A stretch of DNA of 64,000 nt from Minutocellus sp. GHC0000111 (GCA_977018835.1 OZ361257.1:3782001-3846000); one strand, 5' to 3'; positions 36,318 through 51,552 are shown, counted from the stretch's first letter. Numbers and translations are program-made. Notes: generated from the letters alone by a model not told the origin.

Positions 36318-36656
36318 TACTCTGCAAGATTTGGACGACGATGACACCGCCTTCTTGGTAGAAATTATCATGCTCGTCGTCGTGTGTCCCCATCGATTCG
36401 CCGCATGTGATTGTGTTCTCCACTGGTACAACTATCATCCTGCGAAAGATGGGACCCGTACATACCATCGTTCTCGCCAAACAATTCACTCATTCCAGGG
36501 CTCCAAATAAATGTCGTACTCTGCAAGATTTGGACGACGATGACACCGCCTTCTTGGCAGAAATTATCATGCTCGTCGTCGTGTGTCCCCATCGATTCGC
36601 CGCATGTGATTGTGTTCTCCAATGGTACAACTATCATCCTGCGAAAGATGGGACCC
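36318..36656. repeat. Second array of the same 199-bp unit (about 1.7 copies)
   Basis: ACACCGCCTTC at 36344 and 36543; the downstream flank resembles that of the first array. Confidence 0.95.
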
Positions 36657-37060
36657 TTGCCAAACAATTTACTGACTGTAAGGCTTTGATTGCATTCGAG
36701 ACTTAGTTGAACGTACATGTATGTTCCGGTACACAGGTCTACCGTAGCTACGTACTTTCCTACAGCTAGCTACGTGATTGCTACGTGTAGGGTTCATGCG
36801 AGCTACTCGTAGGCTAGGTTTACATTCCCATGGGTAGCGCGGTAGCGCTTTCCTTACTACTACGTAGCTAGGCCTACTGTACATAGCTAGGCCTATGGTT
36901 GTGTAGGAGGAACATGTAGTTCGATGAAAAAGTAATACAATTTTCAAAAGCACAGAATCATATTGCGTTGTCCATCGTCGTCATATTTCTTTGTTTTTCG
37001 CCGGCAGCCATACTTTTGATTTCGTATTGTTCAAATTGTTTTACTTAAAACACATGAATC

Positions 37061-39912
37061 ATGGCAGTTATTATTGTAAAACACATGTTGTTTGCGGTTA
37101 TGATAGCATCGGGACCGATGGGCGCGGTACCATTTCCAACAGCAGACACAAAGGGGAAGAATAGAAGCACTGAGGCTCCGTTTCTTGTGGTGTCGTCAAT
37201 GAATGGGAACTGCACCGATGATCGCGTTGGTCATCACCACCATGGTCGTCAAAAGGAAGTAACCTCAAGAGATTTGGCTCGCATTCGCACGTCCTGGCGT
37301 CAAACATTCGAAGAAATCAAGAGTCTTGTTGTCCCAACGTCAGCAAAGCAAGATTCGTTGGAGAGCCATGACATTTTCAGTCGCTGGAAAGCATTTTTGG
37401 ACGAGAAATCTGGATTCGATGTAGTGCCTCCATCAGATAGGATTAGCGGGGCAATTTCAGAAATTTCACAAGAGTCGAAGACTGCTGGGAAGGGAGCGAG
37501 GGTCAGTTTGCAGAAGACGCGCTTGCGGTATGACGGTTTTTTATCATGGGAGAAGCTGCTCCAGCAGTGGGCTGATGATGTGTCCGATTATGTGTCTGAA
37601 CCAAATCATGGCGGAAAAGAGGCATGTGCGCGAGCAACAATCCCAAATATTATCTCTGGAGACAGCATTACTGATGGCGAAGAGAATGATGATGATGTGG
37701 GGGTTTTAGAGAATTATTACGGAGACGAAGTTACGTTTCCCAACAGAAGCTATACAAATGAAGAGAAAATATTGCAAGGAAAAGACCTTGTTATCGCTCG
37801 GCCCTTCTTTGCTACCTTTTGCTCCACGTCCGGTTGAGGCTGGTGATGACATTGTGGCAAAGACTGACCTCTCTGATAAGTCAAAGAACATCTGGATAGT
37901 CACAACGGCTGCACTTCCCTGGATGACAGGTACCGCTGTCAATCCTCTTTTGCGAGCTGCTTACATGTGTGCCGGAAGAGCCGAAGTTGGTGGGTCGGTG
38001 ACAATCCTTCTCCCATGGCTCGAACGTGATGCCGACCAAACAAGAGTTTATGGGAAGGGAAAAGCTTTAAAAATCCGTGGAGAACAAGAGAAATACGTAA
38101 GAAGCTGGTTGTGTGATACAGCAGGCATGGAAGACGCGAGCACTGAACTGAGAATAAGGTGGTACACGGCCTGGCAGGAAAGGGCTGAAAACTCGATATA
38201 CAGCATGGGTGACATCACGTCGTTGATTCCCGAAGACGAGGCAGATATTTGCGTGAGTGTAAAATCATGGCCTTAAATTGTGCAACCTTTTTCTCTCGAA
38301 GCTCTCATTCGTTGATCCCATTAAATATCTCGATTATTACACGCAGATTCTTGAAGAGCCAGAACACCTCAATTGGTACCGGGCCCCTGGAGAAGGATGG
38401 ACAGAGAAATTTAAGCACGTTGTTGGCATCGTTCATACTAACTACTTTGTGTACGCGCAAGAGCAGCCAGCAGCACTTATCCGAGTACGTCATTTTTCAT
38501 TTGTCAATCCTTTCTTCTTCAGTTTGCTTTCCTTTTCATTGGTACCAAGCCGGAATCACTTACGCGTAGACTCTGTGACGTCACTTTTTGTGTTGGTCAT
38601 CATCTGTGCAAATCTATCTCGTAGGCGCCGGCTATGCGTTTACTTTGTTCTTGGATGTGCCGTGCTCATTGCCACAGAGTGATTAAACTCTCTGGAACCT
38701 TACAAGTGCTCGCTCCGGAGAAAGAGTTGGTAGAGAATGTCCATGGAGTTCGCAGCACTTTCTTGAGCATCGGAGAGGAATTACGGGGAAAGCTCCTAGG
38801 CGAGTCAGACCTAGGTGTGTTTGGGCCGGAAGCACCGCCAAGTGTCTATTTTATCGGTAAATTGCTTTGGTCCAAAGGCATTGGTTCGCTCATGGAACTG
38901 GTGAAATATGCAGAGGAATCTGCTGGTTTGGTCGTTGATGTTGACATGTATGGCTACGGCCCAGATGCAGAAGAAGCAGAGGCGAAATCTCAAAAACTGG
39001 GTCTTGGCATGAGGTTTCACGGTCCGATTGATCATGCTGCACTCGCAAATAGTCACAAGGTGAGCGCCGAGTATCCATGTAATACACTGTCAGGCGATGG
39101 GATGGGGATCGTCCTCTAACACCTTCTTCACAATCTTTCAGATTTTCATCAATCCTTCTACATCGGAGGTACTCTGTACTGCAGTAGCCGAAGCCCTGGC
39201 AATGGGAAAATTCGTCATTGTGCCTTCCCACCCTTCAAACGATTTCTTTGCTCAGTTTCCCAATTGTCTTCCATATACATCGAAGGAAGAATTTGTGGCT
39301 ATGCTATACTATGCACTGACCCACTCGCCTGAGCCACTTTCGGACAAATATCTTCGAGCTCTGTCTTGGGAAGCCGCAACTGAACGATTTGAAGCTGCAG
39401 GGTCAATATCTGTGGCAGAGGCAGACGCTTTATCATCTATCCTCTCTGCACCGGAAGCAGGTGTCGAAATAAGCCTCCCTCCCCTCATAGAAGATGAAAG
39501 CAAAAGGAAAAGAGTTACCAAAACCCTGAAGAAGACGCGATTGCGATTCCGCCAGTTTCGGTCGAGGTTGTCGCAGGAAATTCAAGACAGCAATGTTCTT
39601 CCAAAAGACCTGCAGCATCGAGTTGTCAATGAATTGGACAAGAAACTTGATCTAGATCTTGACAAAGTCCTCGCATCTCCTAAGCTTCGACTGAAGTTAT
39701 CGGCTGCAGAATTGGACAAGCAATTGCTCGAGCTCTACAATAAAGTGAGTCAAAGCCCCAGTGGAGATGTGTTGCGAGTGGTCGGAGGTGGAACTGACGT
39801 TGGAAAAAAGAGCAAGCGCGAAAAGGAAAAAGAAGAAATTCCACTAAAAATGTTTTCGAAGCGCGGGAGATTTATCAAGAAGAAGATGGTGCGGCAGGTT
39901 TGGTTAGATTGA
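37061..39912 (+). CDS. DGD1: Digalactosyldiacylglycerol synthase (GT4), 4 exons, frameshift near 37800
   Basis: IWIVTTAALPWMTGTAVNPLLRAAY, LEEPEHLNWY, VVGIVHTNY, HCHRVIKLS, NVHGVR, YFIGKLLWSKG, FINPSTSEVLCT, EALAMGK, HPSNDFF, LSWEAATERF. Introns 38253-38346, 38485-38624, 39060-39141. Confidence 0.9.
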
Positions 39913-40962
39913 CCTTGGCTCAGCAGAAGGGTAGGTCTACCGGAAGAAAGGGTGGTATAGATATGCACCTCTGCATGTTTAATCGTCCTTCTCCCGGTTT
40001 CCGAGGGTCATCCCATTTCGCTCGACCGCTAGGAGCGAGATTAAAATGATGCATGTACACACATGATTCGATAAACGCTTACGTATTACGCTTAATAAGT
40101 CACCCAGACAGCATAATGCTGGACTTGGGTCATGAAAATTATAGCCATTATTGTTCTATTGTTCTGGCTCCTGTCAAGTAACGCAATTTTGGTGCATCAA
40201 GATGTGAGAATTTTTATGGCCCCAAGTCCATCCAGCATTGCCTTTATAAATTACCAACCCTAACTCTAACAGCTCGTAGTACCCATATTACCTACTCGAA
40301 TGACGGGCTGAGAATCCGTTCCCCTTAGAACATCGGCCAGTCTCACTCGCATAGACCTTAGGAGATAAGGAGAAAGGCAACTCAGGTGATGCTGTGTCGG
40401 TATTTTTTCAACGAAGCAAGCTGGACATGGACATGATTCGTGCCGGTAGAAATGCACCATTGTATTCTCTCTCTCACACACACACACATATATATATATA
40501 TATTGTCCTCTAACGTGCCTGCAAGAAACACAGTTTTTGAGTGCTACATGTGCCGGTGTCTTCGCCTTTGACAATGGTTTCTGATCCAGTGCAAAGGCCT
40601 CTCAGAGCGAATTAAATAAGGATTTCAATAAGCTCAGTTCTGCAAAATGCTTTTAGCAAAAGACAAAAATTCCATCCAGCCCTCAACTAACCAGATGGGT
40701 TATGCTTATAGGTGGGGACGTTCTTGGCCCCCTTCTTTCCGTTGCCAGCTTTTTGGCCGAACAATTGCCATCATCATCCCGCAGTCATGGCCACATCATC
40801 ATCGCTGCATACCTCTACTAGCTAGTATGGCCACCAAGGCACTGTTGGCATCGCCGCTGCCGGTGGTGCTAGGGTAGGCCTACATGTACGTAGGCTAGCT
40901 TGCTGCTTGCTTGATTTTAGGTAGGTACTCCTACCAACGGGTGAAAAAAAACATAGTTGAAG

Positions 40963-42411
40963 ATGAAAATCCCCCGATCTGTTCTCAAGCTGCTGCTTTT
41001 GGCAGCAGCAGCATCAGATGTGACTGCGTTTAGTCCATCTTCCATGTCATCCTTCAACGAAGGCATTACTCAGGCAACTGGCACACCTCGGTTGTTTGCC
41101 GAGGCCGCTCCCTCCCCTTTGTCACTTGCTCCCTCGGCATCCACCTCACTCGTCACTGCAGCTGACTCAAGCGAGAAAAGTCTTACACTGTACGAGTATG
41201 TTCTTTCCGGTGGGAGCTCTGGAGTAGAAACCGATGCCGTCTCTCGCATTGCAAATGCCCAAGACAAGTTCCAGCTAATGAGAGACAACTTGGACGCGCT
41301 TTTGAAGGACATGAATTTTCCCGATAGTGGAAGTTTGGGGGACATGACCAAGGGTTTCTCAGGAGGTCTCGACGGTGGAGTCGATGTTGGTTCCTTGCAG
41401 AACCTCATCAGTTCCATCATTTCAGGTCTTGCCTTTGAGCAGAACTTTGCCTGGTATGCTGCCGGGGGCGCTCTCCTCTTTGCTTTAGGGCAAAGGGGTG
41501 CAGGACAAGCGGATGCGAAGTCCAAGCTTGAGGCCGAGCTCACACATGCGAGAAAGAAGGCTGATGAAGCAGCGGGTGCAGCGGCTCTTGCGGCCAAGGG
41601 GGCTACTATGGCCAAACAGGCCGCAACTCAGGTAGAAGCAAAAGCGACCTCCGATGGTGCAGCAACGAACGCTCTGCTGGAAAATAGCCGCCTGAGGCAG
41701 CTTGCTGTTGAAACGGTAAGTTCTTTAAAGCCGCCACCCAAAACTGACCACCCGAGGACTTTTTTGTTTGACAAAAGTATTAATATTACCTGCATACCTG
41801 CACCCATTGATGTTTCTCGCCTTTCTCTTCATGCTTCGCAGGAAATGGTGAACCAGGAGCTGAAGAAGCTAAAGGCGGAGAACGAGCGTTTGAAGGCACA
41901 ACTCTCAAATGTGCAGGGCGATCAAAAAACAGTGAACATTGTCGGTGAAGAGAAAGCTCCGTCGCCACTGTCATCGCAAGAGGTCCAAGATCGTGACCCT
42001 GAGGAAAATGAAAAATTTTTGGAAATTATCAAGGAAGTTGAGGAGGCAAACATGAAGGGTAGGAAGAAGGTTGCGCAGAAGAAGAAAGCCCCAAAGAAGG
42101 TAGGCATGGCGAAGAAGGCTTCAAAGACGTCCACCAAAAAAGCGAGTGTACCGAAGGCGCCTACGAAGAAGGCTTCACCGCCCAAGGTAAGCGCCAAGGA
42201 GGCACCTGCACCCAAGAAGAAAAAGAGTCCTGCATCTAAGAGCGATGCATCTAGAACGAAGGATTGGTCACAACTTTCTGACTCTACCTTGAAAAGAAAG
42301 ACGATTGCTCAGTTGAAAGAATACCTTCTGGATCAAAAGTCGACTGACTCCTCTGATATCACAAAAATGAAGAAGGGAGATTTGATTGCTCTTGTGAAGA
42401 CGAAGGGATAG
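40963..42411 (+). CDS. Plastid-targeted protein with one TM-like segment, coiled coil, Lys-rich linker and C-terminal SAP/HeH-like motif
   Basis: Signal peptide ending DVTAF-SP; intron 41716-41841; C-terminus DWSQLSDSTLKRKTIAQLKEYL...MKKGDLIALVK. Confidence 0.7.
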   Translation: MKIPRSVLKLLLLAAAASDVTAFSPSSMSSFNEGITQATGTPRLFAEAAPSPLSLAPSASTSLVTAADSSEKSLTLYEYVLSGGSSGVETDAVSRIANAQDKFQLMRDNLDALLKDMNFPDSGSLGDMTKGFSGGLDGGVDVGSLQNLISSIISGLAFEQNFAWYAAGGALLFALGQRGAGQADAKSKLEAELTHARKKADEAAGAAALAAKGATMAKQAATQVEAKATSDGAATNALLENSRLRQLAVETVSSLKPPPKTDHPRTFLFDKSINITCIPAPIDVSRLSLHASQEMVNQELKKLKAENERLKAQLSNVQGDQKTVNIVGEEKAPSPLSSQEVQDRDPEENEKFLEIIKEVEEANMKGRKKVAQKKKAPKKVGMAKKASKTSTKKASVPKAPTKKASPPKVSAKEAPAPKKKKSPASKSDASRTKDWSQLSDSTLKRKTIAQLKEYLLDQKSTDSSDITKMKKGDLIALVKTKG

Positions 42412-43030
42412 GCCTTTTATTGCAGTGTTACTAGTAATTACACACAATAAACACTCAATCCATGTGCGTAAGCTGTTCCTGTTAGTGCTCCCGACAGCAT
42501 TCAGAGCATTACGTAGTATTTATTCTAATTTGTCTTAAAAACGTACACCAAAGCCGACGACAAGATTATCGATGCTGCTACTCGTCGCTGCCTTGTCCTT
42601 TAGCCAACATGAGCCATCACTGTCTCAATAGAAACTTGTTATTGCACGGTTGGTGGCGGCCGCCGGCTATTGCTCACACGGCTCCGTCCGGAACCGACAA
42701 ATGGACCAAAAAGCATGACACTGGGATCACGACTTCATTCATCATTTTTCACTTTTTGCTTGGTGCCAATCTCATTGAGTAGTCGTTTGACCATTCAAAA
42801 TTTTAGAGAGTAGCCACATGTATGTAGAATCTACCTAGACTAGACGCAGGCAAAAAGCAATCTGGACCACCATTTGAAAATACTCTCGACTTAGTCATCA
42901 TCTGAATCTACGTGTTGGAAAGTGTAGGTGAGACGAAAAATAACTGGTGGTTTACATATGAGTATTAGATCTAGCCCTCAACAGGAGAACACGAGATCTG
43001 TATATTGGTTTCAGCAACCCGTCCCTTCTC

Positions 43031-44750
<1,720 letters not shown>

Positions 44751-44955
44751 TTCGTTTGTTAGAGGAGAGACAAAAAATGAATGAATGGTGAAGGTTTGAG
44801 TTAAATGTAACCTACAATTAAGTCGTAGGTAGGTTACCAGGATTTTTTGACAAGCATTTTGTCACACACATACCGTGTAAAAATCATGGATACACTGTCT
44901 CCTCGATGGCACATGGACGGATGCAAATCAATTTGAAAATGACATCACCGTTGCA

Positions 44956-47900
44956 ATGGAGAGCGAGGACGACAGTCACAATGAAAAGCAATCTTCTGTT
45001 GACAGGGAACTCGCGTATCATGCATCAGAAACTAACATTCTAAGGTGTGATAGTGAGTCCAACATGGACAAGCGGGCGCGAGAGATTTTTCTTGAACTTG
45101 AAAGAATAAAAAGAGTTGTTCGTGATGGCACGAGTGTGCCGTTGTCTACGTTGAAGGAGGATCCACAAAAAGCCTATGAAAAAAATGTTTGCGATGATCG
45201 TATTGAAGTTGAGCGGCACATGAGGAAACATAAAGTCCAAAAGAGCGGCTACGACCAGACATTTCACGACATTGAGTTTAGACAAGAAGCATGCGGTGAT
45301 AAGAACAAACACTTGTTTCTGAAGCACGAAAACGTTCGTCTCAGAGAGGTTTTTTATGCAAAGGGACCAAGACCTTGCACAGGCCCGAGCTGAAATCAAA
45401 GCTCTAGCAGCTCGTGCGGCGGAAGTCGACCATGTGCCTGAAACGCATAACAGCAAAGCAAATGGTGGTGTGATTGATTCGTCTTCGATATCCGGGTATC
45501 GGAAAATAAACAAATCTCATCTTCTTGGTCTCGAGTGGCAGAGATTACGCAAGAGCTCTGGACAAACTATACCAACTGCACTTCGCGATCGTCCATCTAT
45601 GCCGAGCATGCAAAATGGTCAACTGGTTCAGGATCACACACGAGCATTTCTTCGCCTGAGACCGATGAGTAAATTGGAAATGAGTCGACGAAGTAGGAAT
45701 TGCTTCGATATTCACGACGATAATGCAAAGTTTACAGTTGATTCTCTGAGTGGTGAAAATGACTTTTGCTATGACAAAGTCTTTGGCCCTGATGTTAGCC
45801 AGACGGAATTATACAATTCATTTGGTTCTCAAATTGTGCATGATCTATTGTCGGGCATAAATGGTTGCGTGATGACCTATGGATTAGCATCTAGCGGGAG
45901 AACTTACACCATCACCGGAGCGCTCCCAGATTGCAGGGCTCGTCACGGTTTTCAACGCAATAATTCTGGCACTAAAACTCAGAGTCTCTTGTCAGCAGCC
46001 CCATTACTCGAAAATTCTCGTGCCGGTATAGCTCCTCGCTTACTTGGTGATCTTTTCAAGTCAATAAAAGCAACTCCGTCTTCGTGTGAATATATAATCA
46101 AGTGTTCATATGTGGCTGTTTACCTCGAGAAAGTATTCGATCTTCTACAGTCCCATGAAAAGAGAAACATCAGTGTTTACGAGGACTCTCGGGGTATTCA
46201 TATTGATGGAGTATGCGAGGCGTGCTGCTTCGAAGAGGGGGACACACTAGGACTAATTCAAAGAGGCCAAGCCTGCCTATGTGTCTTATCAAGCCGAATG
46301 AATGTTGCAATCAATCAATCCCACTCAGTTCTGATGATATCAGTAACAAAAATTGATAGAGCCAAGAGACTTATGACAACGGCCCGTCTTCAACTTGCTG
46401 ATCTTGCTGCATTTGAAGTTCCTGTCAAGGCTAAAGGAAAGTCGCCCCAAGAGGTCAACATTAACCAGAAATGTTTCTCTGCGCTCGGCGATGTAGTCAA
46501 AGGTCTCGTAGAGAAAGGTGCACGTGTTCCTTACACCGACTCGAAGCTCACAAGCATTCTCAAAGACGCTCTAGGGGGGAATTGTCGTACTTATTTGATT
46601 AACCCTAACGGCCCCCCCAAGCTCATATAGCATCCGAGAGACCCTTAGCACCATTCGCATTGGGCAGCGAATGCGTCGGATCCACACCAACCCACAAATA
46701 AATGCCAATGCCGACGTTGATGTGTACAAAGAATGGATCAATACCTTGGGAGACAAGCTTAAAGGCTTTGCTGTCTTCGCACAAAGGGTGATAGATGCTG
46801 TCACTCAGGACCCAAGTGACGGACCACACGCCCTCTCTGCAGTGCTATGGGAAGCTCTTGCGCAGCTTTTTGACAAGGACAAGGCCTCCTTCGTTGACTC
46901 TAGTAACGAATGTCGCGGTCGTTTTGCTGTCATTGCACTTGAAAATTGGTTGAAGGAGTGGAAATATCTCAATCAAGACATTTGCTCTTGGACATTTCAA
47001 GCAGGGGCATTGAAGTCCAACACAAAGGCTGAAAGTCTTCTACTTGTCATTCAAAGCGAGGTTGTCGTTCTTCGGCGACAAAATGACTTATTAGTGCATG
47101 AGAAAAGAAAAAAAGATGAGGAGTTGTCAACTCTTAAGAAAGAGTTGAAGCTGATAAACTTGAAAATTGCTGAACTTGAACACAACCTGAACCTAGCCGA
47201 GTTCAAGGAGAAGCAGGCGAAGTTGTTCCTGAGACAATTTCGAAAGATTTGTTGGAACCTACAGAAAGATTTCTTAACAGAAAGGAGGATCGAAATCTTT
47301 GACGTAACAGGTGAGTGCCCTCCGGGATAGGTTGATTTGAATTTTGCATCTAGCTCCAGAGAGCGAGTGTAATCGCGCTTTCTTCGATTTTGCTCGTAAC
47401 TCTGACCCCTGCAATAAATCTTTGGTACGAACACAGCAAACATGCAGGGAGCGCCCGACCTCACAGGGTTGATTAGTCTAGACACGTTGTTATTGGAGGT
47501 GGGACTTATTGCAACCAAAGACATCGATGCGGATGATGAGGACCTTGCTGGAGGACACGATTTCTTGGACTGGGCGCAATCTAAGCATGCCGTTGATGGG
47601 AATGATCACTTTCAGGTTTGCGAAGAAGAAGCGGATAAGTGGAACACTGATGATGAGGTGAATGGCCTTTTGGGACACTTGTCCTGTAAGAAAAGCACCC
47701 AAATAGATCCGACTTCAGGAACGAAGCGCCATGGAAGCCTCTAAGCGGATCAAAAAGTTACAGCACGATCTACGCCAAATGACCAATAAGTGCATCGAAT
47801 TACAAGTTCTCTTGAACGAAGAAAGGGAGAGAACAAGCACAATACTAGGGCGGAACAAGTCCCTGAGTGTCAAAAATCTTTCGCAAGAGGTCTTTTTCTG

Positions 47901-48572
47901 CGCAAAGAGCTTGATGTAATGAAACACAATGCAAAAGCGGCAACATGGAAACTACAAGAGGTAAGCGAACCGTACTGTGAACATTGTTTCATCTCCCGAG
48001 TGCTACAATACCAAGAAAACTAATGACTATGCTTTCTCCTTTATACAATTTGCTCTCATGTTAAGTTGCATATTGTGAACAAGGTCCTTTCAAAGAAGGG
48101 AAAAGAAACCAGCGAGCATATCTCAACGCTTGAGGAGGGTTTCCAGAGGCTCCAAGAGACATTTCGCACAACAGTGTTGGACTCACTCGATGCTGACGCG
48201 CAGCTAAATGATCAAATCAAGTCACTAAAGGCTGTCGTTGATTCACTCACTGTCCCGCAAAGTGATGATGTCGACTTTGATGCGCTGGGTCGACCGGCGG
48301 CAAAGATTAATTTATTCCCCTGCGGCCTCCAAACTATGGGATCAAAAGTCGATGAAACGGTAAAAACAATCACCCTGTCTGGACATACATTCTTGGGGCC
48401 GCTTAAAATCCCGGACAACACGCTGTGTTTGCGTGTGGGGAGGAAGGCGAAATACAGTAGGAAACGAAAGGAGGCCTTTGGAATGATGAAAAGAGCCACC
48501 CGGGGGTATCCTGTGATAAAAATGCGAATGAAGAAAGGTTGTGGTGGTGTCGTCTCGGTACATGAAAGTTGA
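44956..48572 (+). pseudogene. Divergent kinesin (kinesin-1-like motor plus coiled coil) with at least 4 frame breaks
   Basis: FLRLRP, FCYDKVF, GINGCVMTYG, VPYTDSKLTSILKDALGGNCRT, ETLSTIRIGQR. Introns 47311-47436 and 47961-48065. Frame changes at about 45355, 46600, 47715 and 47895. Confidence 0.8.
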
Positions 48573-48702
48573 TTTAAAGGTCTAGGAATTCCTACTTCGA
48601 ATTTCAGTTTCATGTATGTAATTTACCGGCATGGCAACATGATACTCTATGTGTATGACATTACATGTAGTTTAACATAATGACGTCGGCGCAATAGAAT
48701 TA

Positions 48703-49003
48703 CCCTGATTATCGTAGAAAAACTGCTTCGTACTTTTTCAAAACCTGCCTTTATTTTTGAGAGGTGGTAAAGACCCTGCCTTTTCAGCTCGGGTCAAAAC
48801 CTGCCCGTGTTGAGACCTTGTTGGGGCAGGTCTCCCAAAAAATCGTGGAGAAAACCTGCCCAAACTCGTCAAATTGCGTCATTTTAGCTTCAAAACAAAA
48901 ACCTGCCCTTACCGCTACCGCGACACATGCCTCTGAAAACCTGCCTCTACATGTGCGCAAAACCCAAACCTGCCTCTAGGCAGATTTTCTATGATAATCA
49001 GGG
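48703..49003. mobile_element. MITE with CC...GG termini, about 24-bp TIRs, TA TSD and internal AAACCTGCC repeats
   Basis: TA|CCCTGATTATCGTAGAAAAACTGC ... GCAGATTTTCTATGATAATCAGGG|TA; the AAACCTGCC motif recurs about six times inside. Confidence 0.85.
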
Positions 49004-49476
49004 TAAGCGGACAAGGGTCCGCTAAATTTTAGAGCGGTATAGATTCTAGTTACACAGACACGTTTGCATTCAGTGTGCATGCCGATAATAGCACTCTCGG
49101 CGTCTGCCAACCTTTTTATCGTGAGCGCGGAGCATTTGGCCGGCACAAGTTTTTTTTATGAGAGAAGGAGAAAAGATGCTATTATGTCCCAACTGAATCG
49201 ATGATATTGACCATGACAATACTGTCTGTAGGGCTCACAATGGTCACAGGTGTTTCTGCATGACATAAATATGCGAAGGGCAATAGAATTTAGTTTATCA
49301 TCTACGTAGCGAGACAGAGCTAGATCTAAATGATTTCAGGAGCGCTCCACTAGCAAGCTAGCTAGATCGATCTACCGGCACCGGAGACCAACGAAAACAT
49401 CGCTCGGATGGGAATCTAGATTATATACTTATACATGTACTAGCTAGAGAATGGATCCATGGCTTAACAATTTTAA

Positions 49477-51552
49477 TTATGACACATCCTGACCCTGCGA
49501 AATCATATGCTCGTACAACCTTTTTTCATACCAAGGCCTTCTCAGCTTTCTCAGAGCTCGACACTCCTGGCTACGAACCCAACTTTTGGGCTTTCGAAAT
49601 TGTGCAGCTACCGCCGTCACAGTACGCGTCATACCATCTTCTAAGCCATAACGGGCGCAGATCACCCTTCTCTCGTCTTCTTCCAAGATCCTCAACATTT
49701 CTCTTAAATCGCTCTGGAATAGTTTCTGATCAACACTTCGTTCCGGGCGGTGCTCATCACTAATTGCAGCGGTTGCATCTATTGTGTCAAGGACAAGCTT
49801 TTCCGACTCTTGCCCGACATCTTTTGGATTGTTTTGATATTTCGGCATTTCTAAAGATATACTTTTCCTCGTAAGGCGGATGATTTTGGAATACTTTTTC
49901 TGCTGGCATACCGAGTTCTTCTGCGATCTCATCATTTGTGGGTGATCGCCCGAGCTCTTGCTGTAGCGTTTGCCTTATTCTCCTGACACGATTGAGTAGG
50001 TTGTGAATGTGGACGGGCAGTCGAATTGTTCGAGAGTGGTATGCAATGGATCGAAAAACAGCCTGCTGTATCCACCTGTGTGAGGAAACATAAATAGAAG
50101 GCAATATTAGAGAAGCTTTGTTTCGGCAAGAAACCATCAACAAGAGGAAATAGATAGAAATAGATATTACCTACCAGCTTGCATATGTCGAAAATTTGAA
50201 TCCTCATTTTGGATCAAACTTTTCGGCTGCTCTTGCCAAACCAATGCTCCCCTCTTGAACCAAATCAGCAATGTTGACACCAACGTTGCGATATCTTTTA
50301 GCAATCGAGACAGCCAAGCGCATGTTGCATTGAATCATGCGCTGCTTGGCTTCTCGACCGAGGATCATCATGTCGACAAAGTCTCGGACCGTACCTTTGT
50401 TCACCAAAATGGCGTTTTGAGATGAAGAAATTCCATCTTCAACTGAGGCAGCAACGCTAATTTCAGTCGCCGGTGCCTTTTTCTTGGACTTTCGGCGTTT
50501 CTTGAACTTTGCCGCCGAATCATCCCAGAATTCACCAAGCTTGACTGGTGGTGCCTTCTTGGCCCTTCCGTTCCCTCGGCCAACTCCTGCACCACCAGCC
50601 AGTCCGTTTCCGACAAACATATTGGGATCTCGATCCTGGAGCATGGAGGTACTACCCGCGGGGCGGATGCTGCGCTCTTCCCTTTCGTCAATGCCTTGCA
50701 TAGTATTGTGTTCAGAACTGTGATGATTGTATCCACATGCTGCTGCCCACTCCTCCAATGTTGGGGGTCGCTCCAAGGCCAAAGTCAACCCCTCGTGGAC
50801 CGCTTCACATTGAACCATAAGCCTGACTCTCATGCCAAGCATATATTCTTCTTCAGCTGTCAATAGTTCCGTCTTGTAGTATCTCTGAAGGTTCGGTGGA
50901 TCCCGTTTCCTGGATTCTGCTGCTGCTGCAAGTGAAGGGGCTGTGGCAGTGCTAGAAGTAGAAATTGGCACAGAATCAGCTTTCTCCTTGCCCTTCGAGG
51001 CTCGAGTTTGTTTCAATCGTCGGGACGTCGCAAGTGCCTTCTTTTCCCACCGCTCACAGACTTTGAAGCATTAGCAGCAGAGTCTCTCGTCGAAGTTTGT
51101 TCAACGACAGAAGCCAGACTTAGACGACATTTCGAGGCGTCGGCACTGGCCATAACCCTCTTGACAAGCACATGTGAATTTCGTCCGCCAAACAGATGTG
51201 ATGATGTTCCAAACGTTCTGGGAGACGCCCCATCCCAAACACCGCCGAACGTCTCTTCTCTTGACCTCGTTCGTGCACATCGGTATCTATAACCAGACCG
51301 ATATTCTAGATTCACAACAAGCGCGTTAGGGGCAAACGCAGCCACAATGGAACACGTTGCGATGATGGCTGTAGCTGCTGCGGCGACGGTGTCCCAACGA
51401 CAGGGTCGGCAACGAACAACCGCAGCTGCCACAGATACAAATCCCTCCCGGCTGCACTTCTTGCAGCCCAAGGACCGATTAAAACAGTGTCCTTGGATCA
51501 TCAACGAGCAGGTATTGCCCTCAGAAGCGTAGCAATCCCTTCGTCGTTTCAT
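49477..51552 (-). pseudogene. Nuclear-encoded plastid RNA polymerase sigma-70 factor with 2 frameshifts and 1 in-frame stop
   Basis: IVAAFAP targeting motif; ELLTAEEE, NMRLAVSIAKRY, ADLVQEGSIGL, FDPK*GFKFSTYASW/WIQQAV, SRTIRLPVH, region 4 RYGLEDG...VRSQECRALRKLR. Intron 50076-50174; TGA at 50204-50206; frameshifts at about 51015 and 49897. Confidence 0.88.
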
